Shown here piece by piece: positions 36,662-45,995 of a stretch of 64,000 nt of DNA. A program made the position numbers and the translations under genes. Position 1 is the first letter of the stretch; the number at the start of each line of letters is the position of its first letter. The notes beneath the pieces are model-generated. The model had not been told where the DNA came from. It ran no database searches and saw only the letters and a list, made by a program, of their open reading frames with translations. Origin of the DNA: Minisyncoccota bacterium (GTDB taxonomy: Bacteria > Patescibacteriota > Minisyncoccia > Phycocordibacterales > UBA9973); assembly GCA_041657885.1 (NCBI GenBank), contig JBBABB010000001.1, forward strand, positions 267,184 to 331,183, read 5' to 3'.

Positions 36662-36964
36662 TTATTTCTGCATTAATCCCATAAGTGGTTCTAACGCTTC
36701 GCGATGCTTCATTATTTCTGCTTTGTATTTACCCATGACTAAAACCGCAGCATATTGCTCCCCTAATCCAGTTTTTTTCTTAGCTTCAATTTCTTTGGTA
36801 ATTTTTTCAAAAAGCTCTTTAACTTCTTTGTTTGACTCAAGCTCTTTCAAACTTTTTGCAATTTCTGGATTTTCATCAAGTTGCTTTGCAATTTCTTCTG
36901 CCTTATCAGAAGATACCCCTTTCAAACGAAGAGCTTGTTTTGTAATAAATTTTTTGAATCCCAT
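36662..36964 (-). CDS. Hypothetical protein
   Basis: 100-aa helical ORF divergent from miaA. Confidence 0.7.
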   Translation of the reverse strand: MGFKKFITKQALRLKGVSSDKAEEIAKQLDENPEIAKSLKELESNKEVKELFEKITKEIEAKKKTGLGEQYAAVLVMGKYKAEIMKHREALEPLMGLMQK

Positions 36965-37005
36965 AGTATATAAATTCTAACACAAAATATGCTAGAATTC
37001 AAAAT

Positions 37006-37935
37006 ATGAATAAAATCATTGTTATACTCGGCCAAACCTCTACTGGAAAGAGTGATTTTGCAGTAGAAGTAGCAAAAAATATAAATGGCGAAATAATTTC
37101 AGCAGATTCAAGACAAGTTTATAAAGGTATGAATTTAGGAACTGGTAAAATTACAAAAAAAGAAATGTGGGGTATACCGCATTATTTACTTGATATCACT
37201 TCCCCCTCACGAGTTTTTTCCGTTAGTGATTTCCAAAAATTGGCAAACAAAAAAATAAAAGAAATTTTAGAAAAAGGTAAAACTCCCATAATTTGTGGTG
37301 GTACAGGATTTTATATTGATTCCATCATAAATAGAACAATTTTCCCTGAAGTTCCACCAAATAAAAAACTCCGAGAAATTCTCGAGAGAAAAACCACAGA
37401 AAAACTTTTGGAAATATTAAAAAAAATAGATAAAAATCGCGCCCAAAATATTGACCAAAAAAATAGAATTCGCCTGATTCGTGCAATTGAAATAGTAAAA
37501 ACTCTCGGCAAGGTCCCAAGTCTTTCCCCTAGGCCGTGCCTAGGGGAAGATAAATATTTAAAAATTGGACTCACTATGCCACCTGAAGTTTTGAAAGAAA
37601 GAATCAAGACTCGTTTACTCATACGCATTAAAAAAGGTATGATAAAAGAAGTTGAAAATTTACACAATCAAGGCGTGTCTTGGAAACGAATGAATGCTCT
37701 TGGGCTTGAATATCGATACGTTAGTAATTATTTAAAAGATAGCAAAACCATGCCTCCGCTAAAGCTTCGGCAGGCGAAGAAAGAAATGATTGAAAAATTA
37801 AATACCGAGATTTGGCATTACGCTAAACGTCAAAAGACATGGTTTAAAAGAGATTTTAACACAATTTGGATAGACCCAAGAAAAAAGAGTGAGAAAAATA
37901 AAGCTCTAAAAGAGATAAAGAGATTTTTAAAATAG
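37006..37935 (+). CDS. miaA: tRNA dimethylallyltransferase
   Basis: GQTSTGKS, SADSRQVY, GGTGFY, YAKRQKTWF. Confidence 0.97.
   Translation: MNKIIVILGQTSTGKSDFAVEVAKNINGEIISADSRQVYKGMNLGTGKITKKEMWGIPHYLLDITSPSRVFSVSDFQKLANKKIKEILEKGKTPIICGGTGFYIDSIINRTIFPEVPPNKKLREILERKTTEKLLEILKKIDKNRAQNIDQKNRIRLIRAIEIVKTLGKVPSLSPRPCLGEDKYLKIGLTMPPEVLKERIKTRLLIRIKKGMIKEVENLHNQGVSWKRMNALGLEYRYVSNYLKDSKTMPPLKLRQAKKEMIEKLNTEIWHYAKRQKTWFKRDFNTIWIDPRKKSEKNKALKEIKRFLK
37524..37548. repeat. In-frame CCTAGG palindrome in miaA
   Basis: ttcccctaggc-cgt-gcctaggggaa (SPRPCLGE). Confidence 0.8.
37752..37775 (+). repeat. In-frame REP-like element in miaA
   Basis: gcctccgctaaagcttcggcaggc (PPLKLRQA). Confidence 0.7.
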
Positions 37936-37938
37936 AGA

Positions 37939-38277
37939 CTAATAATACAAAATGAATAAATAAACAGCAAATGGAATAATCCAAGACAACCAATCAAGTA
38001 TTCCATTTAGTAATTTCTGATTATATTTTTTAGGATGTAAATAAAATTCTTGATAAGTTATCCAAATGACTAAGAGGATAAAAACAATAATTGGTACATT
38101 TATATATACATAAAAATATAAAATGTGTGAAAGAATTATCAACAGTAATGATCCAATAATATGAAAAATCTCCCTAAAAAACTTACAAGGGAAAAATAAA
38201 AAACCATCTACTATTTTTGGTTTAAGTTGAGGAAATACTTTATCTGGTATTCTATCTAAATAATCTAAAAATAACAT
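37939..38277 (-). CDS. Hypothetical membrane protein
   Basis: 112-aa ORF with TM segments. Confidence 0.65.
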   Translation of the reverse strand: MLFLDYLDRIPDKVFPQLKPKIVDGFLFFPCKFFREIFHIIGSLLLIILSHILYFYVYINVPIIVFILLVIWITYQEFYLHPKKYNQKLLNGILDWLSWIIPFAVYLFILYY

Positions 38278-38361
38278 TATAATTATTCTAAACTACTGCG
38301 GGCAGTGTGGTTGGCTGTTGGAACTAGTTTGTTGAGAAATAAGAACATAATAGATTTTTAA

Positions 38362-38862
38362 TTACTTATTAGGTTTTGAGTTAAAAGGATAAAGGTTAAA
38401 AAAATCATTCATGAGTTTAATAAAAGCAATATGGTCATCTTCTAAGTCCCATTTAAGGTCTCCCGACACTATATGATTATTCATTAATGAAGTTGTAATT
38501 TTAATATTAGTTCCTGGTGGTGCAGAAATTGTTCCTGATGGTAGGCTAGCTATATCTATTGATTGCATATTTTCTAAATCTACTCCGTGCTCAAAGTCGT
38601 CTCGTATTTTAATTTTCTTTATTAAAGAGGTGTTTTTACCTTTAAGATTTGCTATGCGAGAATCGTAAGTAGCTACATCTTCTAATTGTCTAAATAATCT
38701 ACGTAGAAGTATTACATAAAAATCTACATCGTGAATTGGTGAAACTTTTTTCTTCCTAAATTCTTCGTGAGAAGTATTTAAAATACGTTCGCGTTGAAAT
38801 TCTAAACTATTTAGTTTTGATTTTATGTCATGTTGAAACAACATTTTATCTCTGTCATACAT
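38362..38862 (-). CDS. Hypothetical protein immediately downstream of tRNA-Trp
   Basis: 166-aa ORF containing IRDDFEH (HEPN-like R-x4-H). Confidence 0.7.
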   Translation of the reverse strand: MYDRDKMLFQHDIKSKLNSLEFQRERILNTSHEEFRKKKVSPIHDVDFYVILLRRLFRQLEDVATYDSRIANLKGKNTSLIKKIKIRDDFEHGVDLENMQSIDIASLPSGTISAPPGTNIKITTSLMNNHIVSGDLKWDLEDDHIAFIKLMNDFFNLYPFNSKPNK

Positions 38863-38873
38863 ATATTTTTTTG

Positions 38874-38944
38874 CGGGCGATGGAGGAATTGAACCCCCGC
38901 CAATTCTTTTGGAGAGAATTGTACTACCACTATACTAATCGCCC
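38874..38944 (-). tRNA. tRNA-Trp(CCA)
   Basis: GGGCGAT..ATCGCCC acceptor; ATTCT-CTCCAAA-AGAAT anticodon arm; GTTCAA T-loop. Confidence 0.92.
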
Positions 38945-38975
38945 TAGAACGCTTGGATTATAACACAAAATTAAC

Positions 38976-39010
38976 AAAAATAAAAATCCCATTTGGGATT
39001 TTTATTTTTT
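38976..39010 (-). terminator. Terminator of rpmG
   Basis: aaaaataaaaatccca-tt-tgggatttttattttt. Confidence 0.65.
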
Positions 39011-39160
39011 GGACTCTTTATGTTTAGTGTTCTTTTTACACCATTTGCAATACTTCTTAAGCTCAATCTTTTTAGTGACGAGTTTCTTGTTCTTGCTTGA
39101 CCAATAATTTGTGCGCTTACAGGTAGTGCAAGCCAATCTAAATAATCTATCTTGTGACAT
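39002..39160 (-). CDS. rpmG: 50S ribosomal protein L33 (Zn-binding form), absent from the ORF track
   Basis: Manual translation MSQDRLFRLACTTCKRTNYWSSKNKK..IELKKYCKWCKKNTKHKESKK. Confidence 0.95.
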   Translation of the reverse strand: MSQDRLFRLACTTCKRTNYWSSKNKKLVTKKIELKKYCKWCKKNTKHKESKK

Positions 39161-39289
39161 AGTGGTTATACAATACTATAAAAGACCCCAAAATGCAAGA
39201 GAAAAACAGCAGGAATTTATTTTCAAATTATTGACTTAACTAATTTTATGTGTTAAATTTACGAAAACTGTTAAAAGAAAGGATCACAA

Positions 39290-39907
39290 ATGAAAGAAAT
39301 CTGTGTTTGGGCTGTGGGCTTCGTAATGTTATTGTTTTCCTTGAGATATATCTATCTCATCAAGAAACAAAAGATTAGCCCCGCCCTCTCAACTTGGGTT
39401 GTCTTTCTTTTGGGGACGATCTTGAGTTTGGTAACTTATGCCATCGCCGAAGATCATGATTTTCGGTCAGGTATTTTAAACACCGTAGATGTTGCTTCTG
39501 TCTCTATTATCATAATCGCTATTATAATTTATAGGGATAAAAATAGAAAAATTAAACCCTTTGATAGATGGTATATGATAGGTATAGGATTAATTGTTCT
39601 GTATGGTTTTCTTTCTAAGGATGCGTGGAATTCAAATATTTTCACCCAGATATTGATTGGAGTTGGATACATACCAACTTTCCAAAAATTAATATCAGAA
39701 AAGAAAAATACGGAATCCTTTTCAACTTGGAGCTTGAGCATTTTGTCAGGTGTGATTGCTTTTTACCCCGCGATAGTAGATGGTAATTCTTTGGCGATAA
39801 TTTACGCCACCCGTGCCATTATTATTGTCTCTCTTTTGATGTTAACTATGCTCTACTTTGAAATTTATTCAAAAAGGAAATTGGTTAATTCAAAAAAAAT
39901 AAACTGA
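39290..39907 (+). CDS. Hypothetical 7-TM protein (PQ-loop/SWEET-like), paralog of 48256-48849
   Basis: YI..KISP..TW..IPTFQK..TE..W pattern. Confidence 0.75.
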   Translation: MKEICVWAVGFVMLLFSLRYIYLIKKQKISPALSTWVVFLLGTILSLVTYAIAEDHDFRSGILNTVDVASVSIIIIAIIIYRDKNRKIKPFDRWYMIGIGLIVLYGFLSKDAWNSNIFTQILIGVGYIPTFQKLISEKKNTESFSTWSLSILSGVIAFYPAIVDGNSLAIIYATRAIIIVSLLMLTMLYFEIYSKRKLVNSKKIN

Positions 39908-39935
39908 GCCATTAAAATTTTAGTGGCTTTTGTTT

Positions 39936-41099
39936 TTATTTAATAACTCTTGGCAAAAGAGCACTTATCCTTGTTGTTGCTTCATAATTTATCGTTCCTG
40001 ACTCCTTAGCAATTTGTTCAGCAGTAATTTCATTTTTACCCCGCCTGCTCCCTCGTGAGGGCGGGCAGGCCTGTTTTCCTAAAATTACGACTTCATCCTC
40101 TGGCAACACATCTTTAATATGAGAAATATCAACTACAATCATATTCATAGCAACTCTCCCCAAAATTTTTGCTCTCTTACCTTTTACTAAAACTTCCCCA
40201 GTATTTGAAAGCAGACGTGGAATACCATCAGCATAACCCTGTGGAATTACTGCTATCTTGGTCGTTTTCTTTGTTATATATGTAAGCCCATAACCGATTG
40301 GATGATTCGCGGGGAGAACTTTAATCTGAGCTACGTGTGTCACCCATTTCAAAACTGGTTTCAAAATTATTTTCTTTTTATTTAAATATTCTAAATGTTC
40401 ACTTGGCCACATTCCATAAAGCCCGATACCAAGTCGAACAATATTGTGTAAGCTATTTCCTTTTTCATAAACTAGAATTCCAGAAGTTGCTGAAATGTGG
40501 GTTTTAATATTTTCAAAACTATTTTTTCTAAAAATTTCTACACATTTATGATACATATCTATTTGTTTCTGTGCGTAGGTGAAATTCATGGTGTCTTCAA
40601 TATTTGCAAAATGAGAATAAATTCCATCGAGTTCTATATTCTTCAACTTTTTGAGTTCAACAATAAAATTATCAATCTGGCTTGGCATTATTCCTTCTCT
40701 ACCAAGACAAGAATCAATAGCAACATGTACTTTGACTTTCATTTTTAAACTCCCAGCAATAAAATTTATTTTCAATAAATGAATCAAATCAAAAGCAGAT
40801 ATTATCGCTTTTGATTTTATGGCTCTTTTTATACCATCTCCATTCAAATAACCAAATACCAAAACGGGTTTATTTGTAACCTTTCCAACTCTTTCAAATT
40901 CTTCAATACTATTTACTTGGAAATAATCTGTATAAGGAGCAATAATTTTCGTCACCTCAACATCCCCATGCCCGTAAGCATTTGCTTTTATAACAGAAGC
41001 AATCTTTGTACCGTTTTTCAGTAATCCTCGAAACTGCTTGATATTATGTATCAAGTTTTCTTTTGAAATCTCTATATATGAAAGTGGTAAATTTTGCAT
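39936..41099 (-). CDS. alr: Alanine racemase
   Basis: VIKANAYGHG, YSHFA, GYADG, GRVAMN; true start ATG at 41099 (MQNLPL). Confidence 0.96.
   Translation of the reverse strand: MQNLPLSYIEISKENLIHNIKQFRGLLKNGTKIASVIKANAYGHGDVEVTKIIAPYTDYFQVNSIEEFERVGKVTNKPVLVFGYLNGDGIKRAIKSKAIISAFDLIHLLKINFIAGSLKMKVKVHVAIDSCLGREGIMPSQIDNFIVELKKLKNIELDGIYSHFANIEDTMNFTYAQKQIDMYHKCVEIFRKNSFENIKTHISATSGILVYEKGNSLHNIVRLGIGLYGMWPSEHLEYLNKKKIILKPVLKWVTHVAQIKVLPANHPIGYGLTYITKKTTKIAVIPQGYADGIPRLLSNTGEVLVKGKRAKILGRVAMNMIVVDISHIKDVLPEDEVVILGKQACPPSRGSRRGKNEITAEQIAKESGTINYEATTRISALLPRVIK
40040..40069 (-). repeat. In-frame CCTGCCCG..GCAGGCGGG element in alr (30 nt)
   Basis: cccgcctgctccctcgtgagggcgggcagg (ACPPSRGSRRG). 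Confidence 0.9.
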
Positions 41100-41101
41100 T
41101 G

Positions 41102-41183
41102 TGCCGGAGGAGAGAATCGAACTCTCACCCCTTACGAGACACGATTTTGAGTCGTGCGCGTCTACCAATTCCGCCACTCCGGC
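41102..41183 (-). tRNA. tRNA-Leu(CAA)
   Basis: GCCGGAG..CTCCGGC acceptor; CACGA-CTCAAAA-TCGTG anticodon arm; long variable arm. Confidence 0.95.
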
Positions 41184-41220
41184 AATAGAAGTAGTATACT
41201 AAAAATCTATTTAAAATCAA

Positions 41221-42384
41221 TTATATTATCTCCGGTTCTTGCTCTAGTGTTATCCCAAATTTTTGCTCAACTATTTTTATTATTTCATTTCTAGCATTTA
41301 TAAGATCTTCTTTTGTAGCATTTCCGTTGTTTACCAAGACAAGGGCATTCTTGTCATAGACAGAAACATTACCAAATGACTTCCCTTTTAATCCTGCATT
41401 TTCAATGAGCCAACCAGCGGGAATTTTTACTAGGTCTTGCCTAGTCGTTTCCAGTGGAAAAAATTTAGCATTTGGGAAATCTGCTTTAATTTTATCGGCT
41501 ACACTATTTGAAACAATAGGATTCTTGAAAAATGAACCGACATTTGGAATTTCTTTTGGGTTTGGTAATTTTTCTTTACGAATTTCAATAATTGCTTCGC
41601 GAATTTGTTTTAAATTAGGATTCTCTATTTTGTGTTCTTCGAAATATTTTGAGACGCCAGGATATCCTAATGCTGGAGAAAGGTTTTTTTCTCCTCCTTG
41701 TTGAGGAGGAGTGCCCTTTGGGGCGAGGTGGTGACTAATTAATTCTAAATCACCACCCCCTACCCCCTCCTCCAAAAGGAGGGGAGGAACTTTATTAAGT
41801 CTATATGTTACAGCGGTTATTATGTATTTCCCTTTATCTTCATTTTTGAAAATACTATCACGGTACCCAAATTTACAATCTTTATTTGAAATAGTTTTAA
41901 TTTTATTTTCTTTGATATCAAAAACCTCCACTTCCAAAATGGTATCTTTAACTTCTACTCCATAAGCCCCGACATTTTGGACTGGCGTTGCTCCAACTGT
42001 TCCAGGAATTGCCGAAAGTGCCTCTAATCCTTGCAGATTCATTTCAACAGTTTTCTCTACAATTTTGTCCCAAATCTCGCCAGCTCCAACTTTTATATCT
42101 GCATATTTTTCCGTTTCGTTCCCGCCTGCTCCCTTGTGAGGGCGGGCAGGTATTATTTCAAAACCTTTAATTTCTATTTTTATAGCAAACACATCAATAA
42201 TTCCATCCGAAAATACAATATTTGAACCCCCGCCTAATATAAAAATTGGGGTATTTTTTTCTCTTGCCATTAAATAAACATTTCCTAGCTCATCTTTTTT
42301 ATCAATTTTTACAAAATAGCGAAATTGCCCTCCTATATGTAGTGATGAATAATCCCGGATATCTACGTATTCTTGTATTTTCAT
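41221..42384 (-). CDS. murB: UDP-N-acetylmuramate dehydrogenase, with three palindromic inserts
   Basis: LGGGSN, IPGTVGATPVQNVGAYG, FGYRDS, GSFFKNP. Confidence 0.96.
   Translation of the reverse strand: MKIQEYVDIRDYSSLHIGGQFRYFVKIDKKDELGNVYLMAREKNTPIFILGGGSNIVFSDGIIDVFAIKIEIKGFEIIPARPHKGAGGNETEKYADIKVGAGEIWDKIVEKTVEMNLQGLEALSAIPGTVGATPVQNVGAYGVEVKDTILEVEVFDIKENKIKTISNKDCKFGYRDSIFKNEDKGKYIITAVTYRLNKVPPLLLEEGVGGGDLELISHHLAPKGTPPQQGGEKNLSPALGYPGVSKYFEEHKIENPNLKQIREAIIEIRKEKLPNPKEIPNVGSFFKNPIVSNSVADKIKADFPNAKFFPLETTRQDLVKIPAGWLIENAGLKGKSFGNVSVYDKNALVLVNNGNATKEDLINARNEIIKIVEQKFGITLEQEPEII
41429..41445. repeat. In-frame palindrome in murB
   Basis: actagg-tcttg-cctagt (TRQDLV). Confidence 0.55.
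41691..41786. repeat. In-frame two-arm element in murB (~96 nt)
   Basis: ctcctccttgttgaggaggag..ggtggtga / tcaccacc..cccctcctccaaaaggagggg (PLLLEEGVGGG..GTPPQQGGE). Confidence 0.82.
42121..42150 (-). repeat. In-frame CCTGCCCG..GCAGGCGGG element in murB (30 nt)
   Basis: cccgcctgctcccttgtgagggcgggcagg (PARPHKGAGG); one mismatch to the alr copy. Confidence 0.9.
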
Positions 42385-42425
42385 ATTACTTGCAATTATA
42401 TCATATATGAGATAAAATAGTAAGT

Positions 42426-43940
42426 ATGAAAAAAGAACAAACCGAGCAACAAAAAATTGGGTATTTTATTAAGGAATTGAGAGAAAGCCGTGGTATGACT
42501 CAAGAAGCATTTGCGAAAGCACTGGAGACATCGCAAAGCTCTATTCCCCGCATGGAAAAGGGTGAGCAAAATTTCACAACTGAATTATTATTAAAAATAA
42601 GTAAAGTCCTAGACCATCAGGTTGTCTGCATAAATGATTCAATAGATTTTCAAGTACACGGCGGGAAAAAGTTAAGCGGAAGTATCAAAACAAATTTTTC
42701 TAAGAATGGTTCTGTTGGGCTTCTTTGTGCTTCACTACTCAACAAAGGGATAACAACCCTTCACGGCATCGCGCGCATCGAAGAAGTTAATCGTGTAATT
42801 GAAATCCTTGAAAGTATTGGAGTTCAAACAAAATGGGTTGGTCCAAATTCTCTTCAGCTTAATCCACCTAAACAACTAGCTTTAGAAAAAATAAATGTTG
42901 AATCTGCAGTTAAAACTCGTTCTATTGTAATGCTCATGGGTCCGCTCATACATTTATTCCCCACTTTTAAACTTCCTCACGCTCAAGGATGCAACCTTGG
43001 TAAACGCACTATCGCTGCTCACACTTATGCCCTTGAAGATTTAGGCGTAAAGATAAAGACAACTGCAACAAATTATGAAATAGAGTCCAAGAAATTAAAG
43101 CCTGGAAATATTGTCATGTATGAATCCGGAGATACTGCTTGCGAAAATGTCCTCACCGCTGCGTCAAAAATTGATGGAATCACAACTATTAGTTTCGCCA
43201 GTGCCAACTATATGGTTCAGGAAGTTTGTTTTTTCCTTGAAACACTTGGAGTAAAGATTGACGGCATTGGTACCTCTACTCTCGTTGTCCACGGAATAAA
43301 AGAAATTAATAAAAATATTGAATACTGGAATAGTGAAGACCCTATTGAATCAATGATGTTCATATCTGCAGCGGTTATCACTGACTCAGAACTCGTAATC
43401 ACCCGTTGCCCTATTGATTTCCTTTCGCTTGAATTAGAAAAAATGAAAAGAATGGGATTAAAATATAAAATATTGAAAAGATATCTCTCGTACAATGGAC
43501 GAACAAAATTAGCTGACATTAAAATACTACCTGGTAAATTAGTTGCTCTTGCTGACAAAATTTCTACAAATCCATACCCTGGAATAAATATTGATAATTT
43601 GCCATTTTTCGTACCTATTGCAATAAAAGCAAAAGGTCAGACCATGATTCACGACTGGGTCTACGAGAACCGCGCTATTTACTTCACAGAACTTAATCGT
43701 CTTGGAGCCAATGTCACTCTCGCTGATCCGCATCGGGTTTATATTCAAGGTGGTACACCATTAAAACCTGCTCAAGTCGTTTGTCCTCCTGCGCTTCGTC
43801 CATCTATGGTAATACTCGTCTCAATGCTTGCCGCTCCTGGTACTTCAATCTTGCGTAATGTCTATATGATTAATCGTGGTTATGAAGAAATAGCCGAACG
43901 TCTAAACTCTATTGGCGCTGATATTAAAATTTTGAAATAA
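42426..43940 (+). CDS. murA: UDP-N-acetylglucosamine 1-carboxyvinyltransferase with N-terminal XRE HTH
   Basis: HTH (RGMTQEAFAKAL..) then SKN, GCNLGKR, YENR, RGYE. Confidence 0.92.
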   Translation: MKKEQTEQQKIGYFIKELRESRGMTQEAFAKALETSQSSIPRMEKGEQNFTTELLLKISKVLDHQVVCINDSIDFQVHGGKKLSGSIKTNFSKNGSVGLLCASLLNKGITTLHGIARIEEVNRVIEILESIGVQTKWVGPNSLQLNPPKQLALEKINVESAVKTRSIVMLMGPLIHLFPTFKLPHAQGCNLGKRTIAAHTYALEDLGVKIKTTATNYEIESKKLKPGNIVMYESGDTACENVLTAASKIDGITTISFASANYMVQEVCFFLETLGVKIDGIGTSTLVVHGIKEINKNIEYWNSEDPIESMMFISAAVITDSELVITRCPIDFLSLELEKMKRMGLKYKILKRYLSYNGRTKLADIKILPGKLVALADKISTNPYPGINIDNLPFFVPIAIKAKGQTMIHDWVYENRAIYFTELNRLGANVTLADPHRVYIQGGTPLKPAQVVCPPALRPSMVILVSMLAAPGTSILRNVYMINRGYEEIAERLNSIGADIKILK

Positions 43941-43966
43941 AAAACCACAACACATTTTATTCATTT

Positions 43967-43985
43967 TCACAGGTCAGACCTGTGA
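43967..43985. repeat. Intergenic CACAGGTC-W-GACCTGTG palindrome
   Basis: tcacaggtcagacctgtga. Confidence 0.75.
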
Positions 43986-44023
43986 CTGTGAGAACTCAAG
44001 AAAAATGCTAAAATGTATATGTA

Positions 44024-44596
44024 ATGACGAAACGAGAACAATTGGATAAATTAAATATTTACTGGCAGGAGAACTGCAAGTGCGAACTGCGAAAAACAGC
44101 AACTCAAGCGGTTTTTGGTGATGGAAATGCGGAAAGTGATATCGTATTTATCGGAGAAGCTCCGGGGAAAAATGAAGATATTAAGGGAAGACCATTTGTT
44201 GGAGCTGCAGGAAAATTCTTAGAAGAAATGCTTGAAGGTATTGGAAAAAATCGTAGTGATATTTATATTACAAATATTGTAAAATATCGCCCGCCAAATA
44301 ATCGCGACCCAGAACCAGAAGAAAAAGAAGCTTGCAACGAATGGCTTATAAATGAACTCAAAATAATTTCTCCAAAATTAATTGTCTTTCTCGGAAGACA
44401 TTCAATGACACGGTTTTTCCCTACGGAAAAAATCTCTGAAATTCACGGGAAGCTTTTAATAAAAACTATCCCCGAACTTGGCAGACAAGCATTTCTTCCA
44501 CTTTATCATCCTGCCGCCGCTTTATATAACGGAGACATGAGGGAAAAATTAATCAAAGACTTCAAAAAAATTCCAAAAGCCCTAGAGAAAATTTGA
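44024..44596 (+). CDS. Uracil-DNA glycosylase family 4
   Basis: GEAPG, GRPFVG, RPPNNRDP, YHPAA. Confidence 0.93.
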   Translation: MTKREQLDKLNIYWQENCKCELRKTATQAVFGDGNAESDIVFIGEAPGKNEDIKGRPFVGAAGKFLEEMLEGIGKNRSDIYITNIVKYRPPNNRDPEPEEKEACNEWLINELKIISPKLIVFLGRHSMTRFFPTEKISEIHGKLLIKTIPELGRQAFLPLYHPAAALYNGDMREKLIKDFKKIPKALEKI

Positions 44597-45985
44597 TTAT
44601 TCAATTATTGTCATATCTTCGACCCTGATTCCTTTTTCTATATAATCTTCCACACTATTTTTCTTTTTTATGAGTAAAAAGGAAGCTACTCCTATGCCAA
44701 TAACCACCAAAAGGCCGATAATTGGGTAAATTGATTTTGGGATATTAGAACCAGATTCTCCGGCACTTGCGCCAAGGTCATTTAAATTTATTACCTGTGA
44801 GTCTTGTGATAAATCATCATCTAGCGAACTACTGTCCGCTTGAATTGGATTGATATATGATACTACTTTGCTTACTGACGAAACTCTCGATGTTAACTTT
44901 TTTGTTTCTGTTGGATAAGTAGCAGTTATCTCTTTGTTCGGGTCTGTGATAACAACCGAGGCGATATCCCCACCCACAAAACCAGTTATCTTCGGCGATA
45001 ATTTTATTTTTTTATTTGGTAAAAGAGTTGTTTCCTCTGGAATTATAAAATAATGCGTTCCGGCCGTGACAATCCAATTTGAAAGAATTATTTCAGAACT
45101 TGATTTATTCTCAATTTCTATATATGGGTCTGATGCGCTTCCAACTGAGCTTATGAAAATTTCGGACGGAATAACTTTTATTGTAATCCTATTTGTAGCA
45201 TCAGCTATTTGACTAAAAGTGCTATCAAAATACGAAAGTGTTAAGGCGTATTCTCCAGGATACTCATATATGTATTCAAAGGAGCTAGAATCTCCAACCT
45301 TTCTCACCATCCCATCGCCGAAATTCCAAACAAAGTTACCAACAGTGTAGGTCTCTCCTCTGTTGGTAGTAGTCAGTGAACTAAGTAAAAAAGGAATTCC
45401 AGCTGTAATAATCTTTGGCGATATAATTTTGGTTGTTATTTTTAGAATTTCAGGATTGTTTTTAACAAGAGGAGTAGGGTCAATGTTTTCGTCTGTTGTA
45501 TCACTAGTATTTTCATCTAGTGAATTATTTGATGAATCAGAATTAGGTAAATTTTTTGTTGGATCTTGATTTGTTATCCATTTGCCAGATATTAAAACCC
45601 CAGACTTATCTTTTGCAGGAGCCTTAATAATTCCATCTGTACCATAGATTACCGAATCAATTGTATTAGATGAGTTATCTTTTAGAATAATTGTATCCCC
45701 ATCATTATTGAGCCAACTTTTAGAATTTTCAAAAACAATAAATCCATTTGCAGATATTGTTCCATTTAAAATTAGGTCATCTGTCACTTTGTCGTTACCA
45801 TCAACCAATTTCCATCCATTAAGAACGATTGGACTTCCTGTTGTATTTAATAATTCAATCCATTCAATTCCGTCGGTTGGGCTAGATACAAATTCATTAA
45901 TAATTACATTTGCATGCGCTAAATTTATCCAAGAGAAAAATACTACTAGCAAAATTATATAATGTTTAATTATTTTTGGTGTCAT
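44597..45985 (-). CDS. Exported lamin-tail-domain / PKD protein with C-terminal TM
   Basis: IINEF..EWIEL..LNNDGD (LTD), WNFGDG..Y..PG.Y (PKD), second LTD. Confidence 0.85.
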   Translation of the reverse strand: MTPKIIKHYIILLVVFFSWINLAHANVIINEFVSSPTDGIEWIELLNTTGSPIVLNGWKLVDGNDKVTDDLILNGTISANGFIVFENSKSWLNNDGDTIILKDNSSNTIDSVIYGTDGIIKAPAKDKSGVLISGKWITNQDPTKNLPNSDSSNNSLDENTSDTTDENIDPTPLVKNNPEILKITTKIISPKIITAGIPFLLSSLTTTNRGETYTVGNFVWNFGDGMVRKVGDSSSFEYIYEYPGEYALTLSYFDSTFSQIADATNRITIKVIPSEIFISSVGSASDPYIEIENKSSSEIILSNWIVTAGTHYFIIPEETTLLPNKKIKLSPKITGFVGGDIASVVITDPNKEITATYPTETKKLTSRVSSVSKVVSYINPIQADSSSLDDDLSQDSQVINLNDLGASAGESGSNIPKSIYPIIGLLVVIGIGVASFLLIKKKNSVEDYIEKGIRVEDMTIIE

Positions 45986-45995
45986 AACAATAAAT

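Noticed and set aside
41100-41177. N-terminal extension of alr in the ORF track
   Set aside because: It is the tRNA-Leu(CAA) gene; alr starts at 41099
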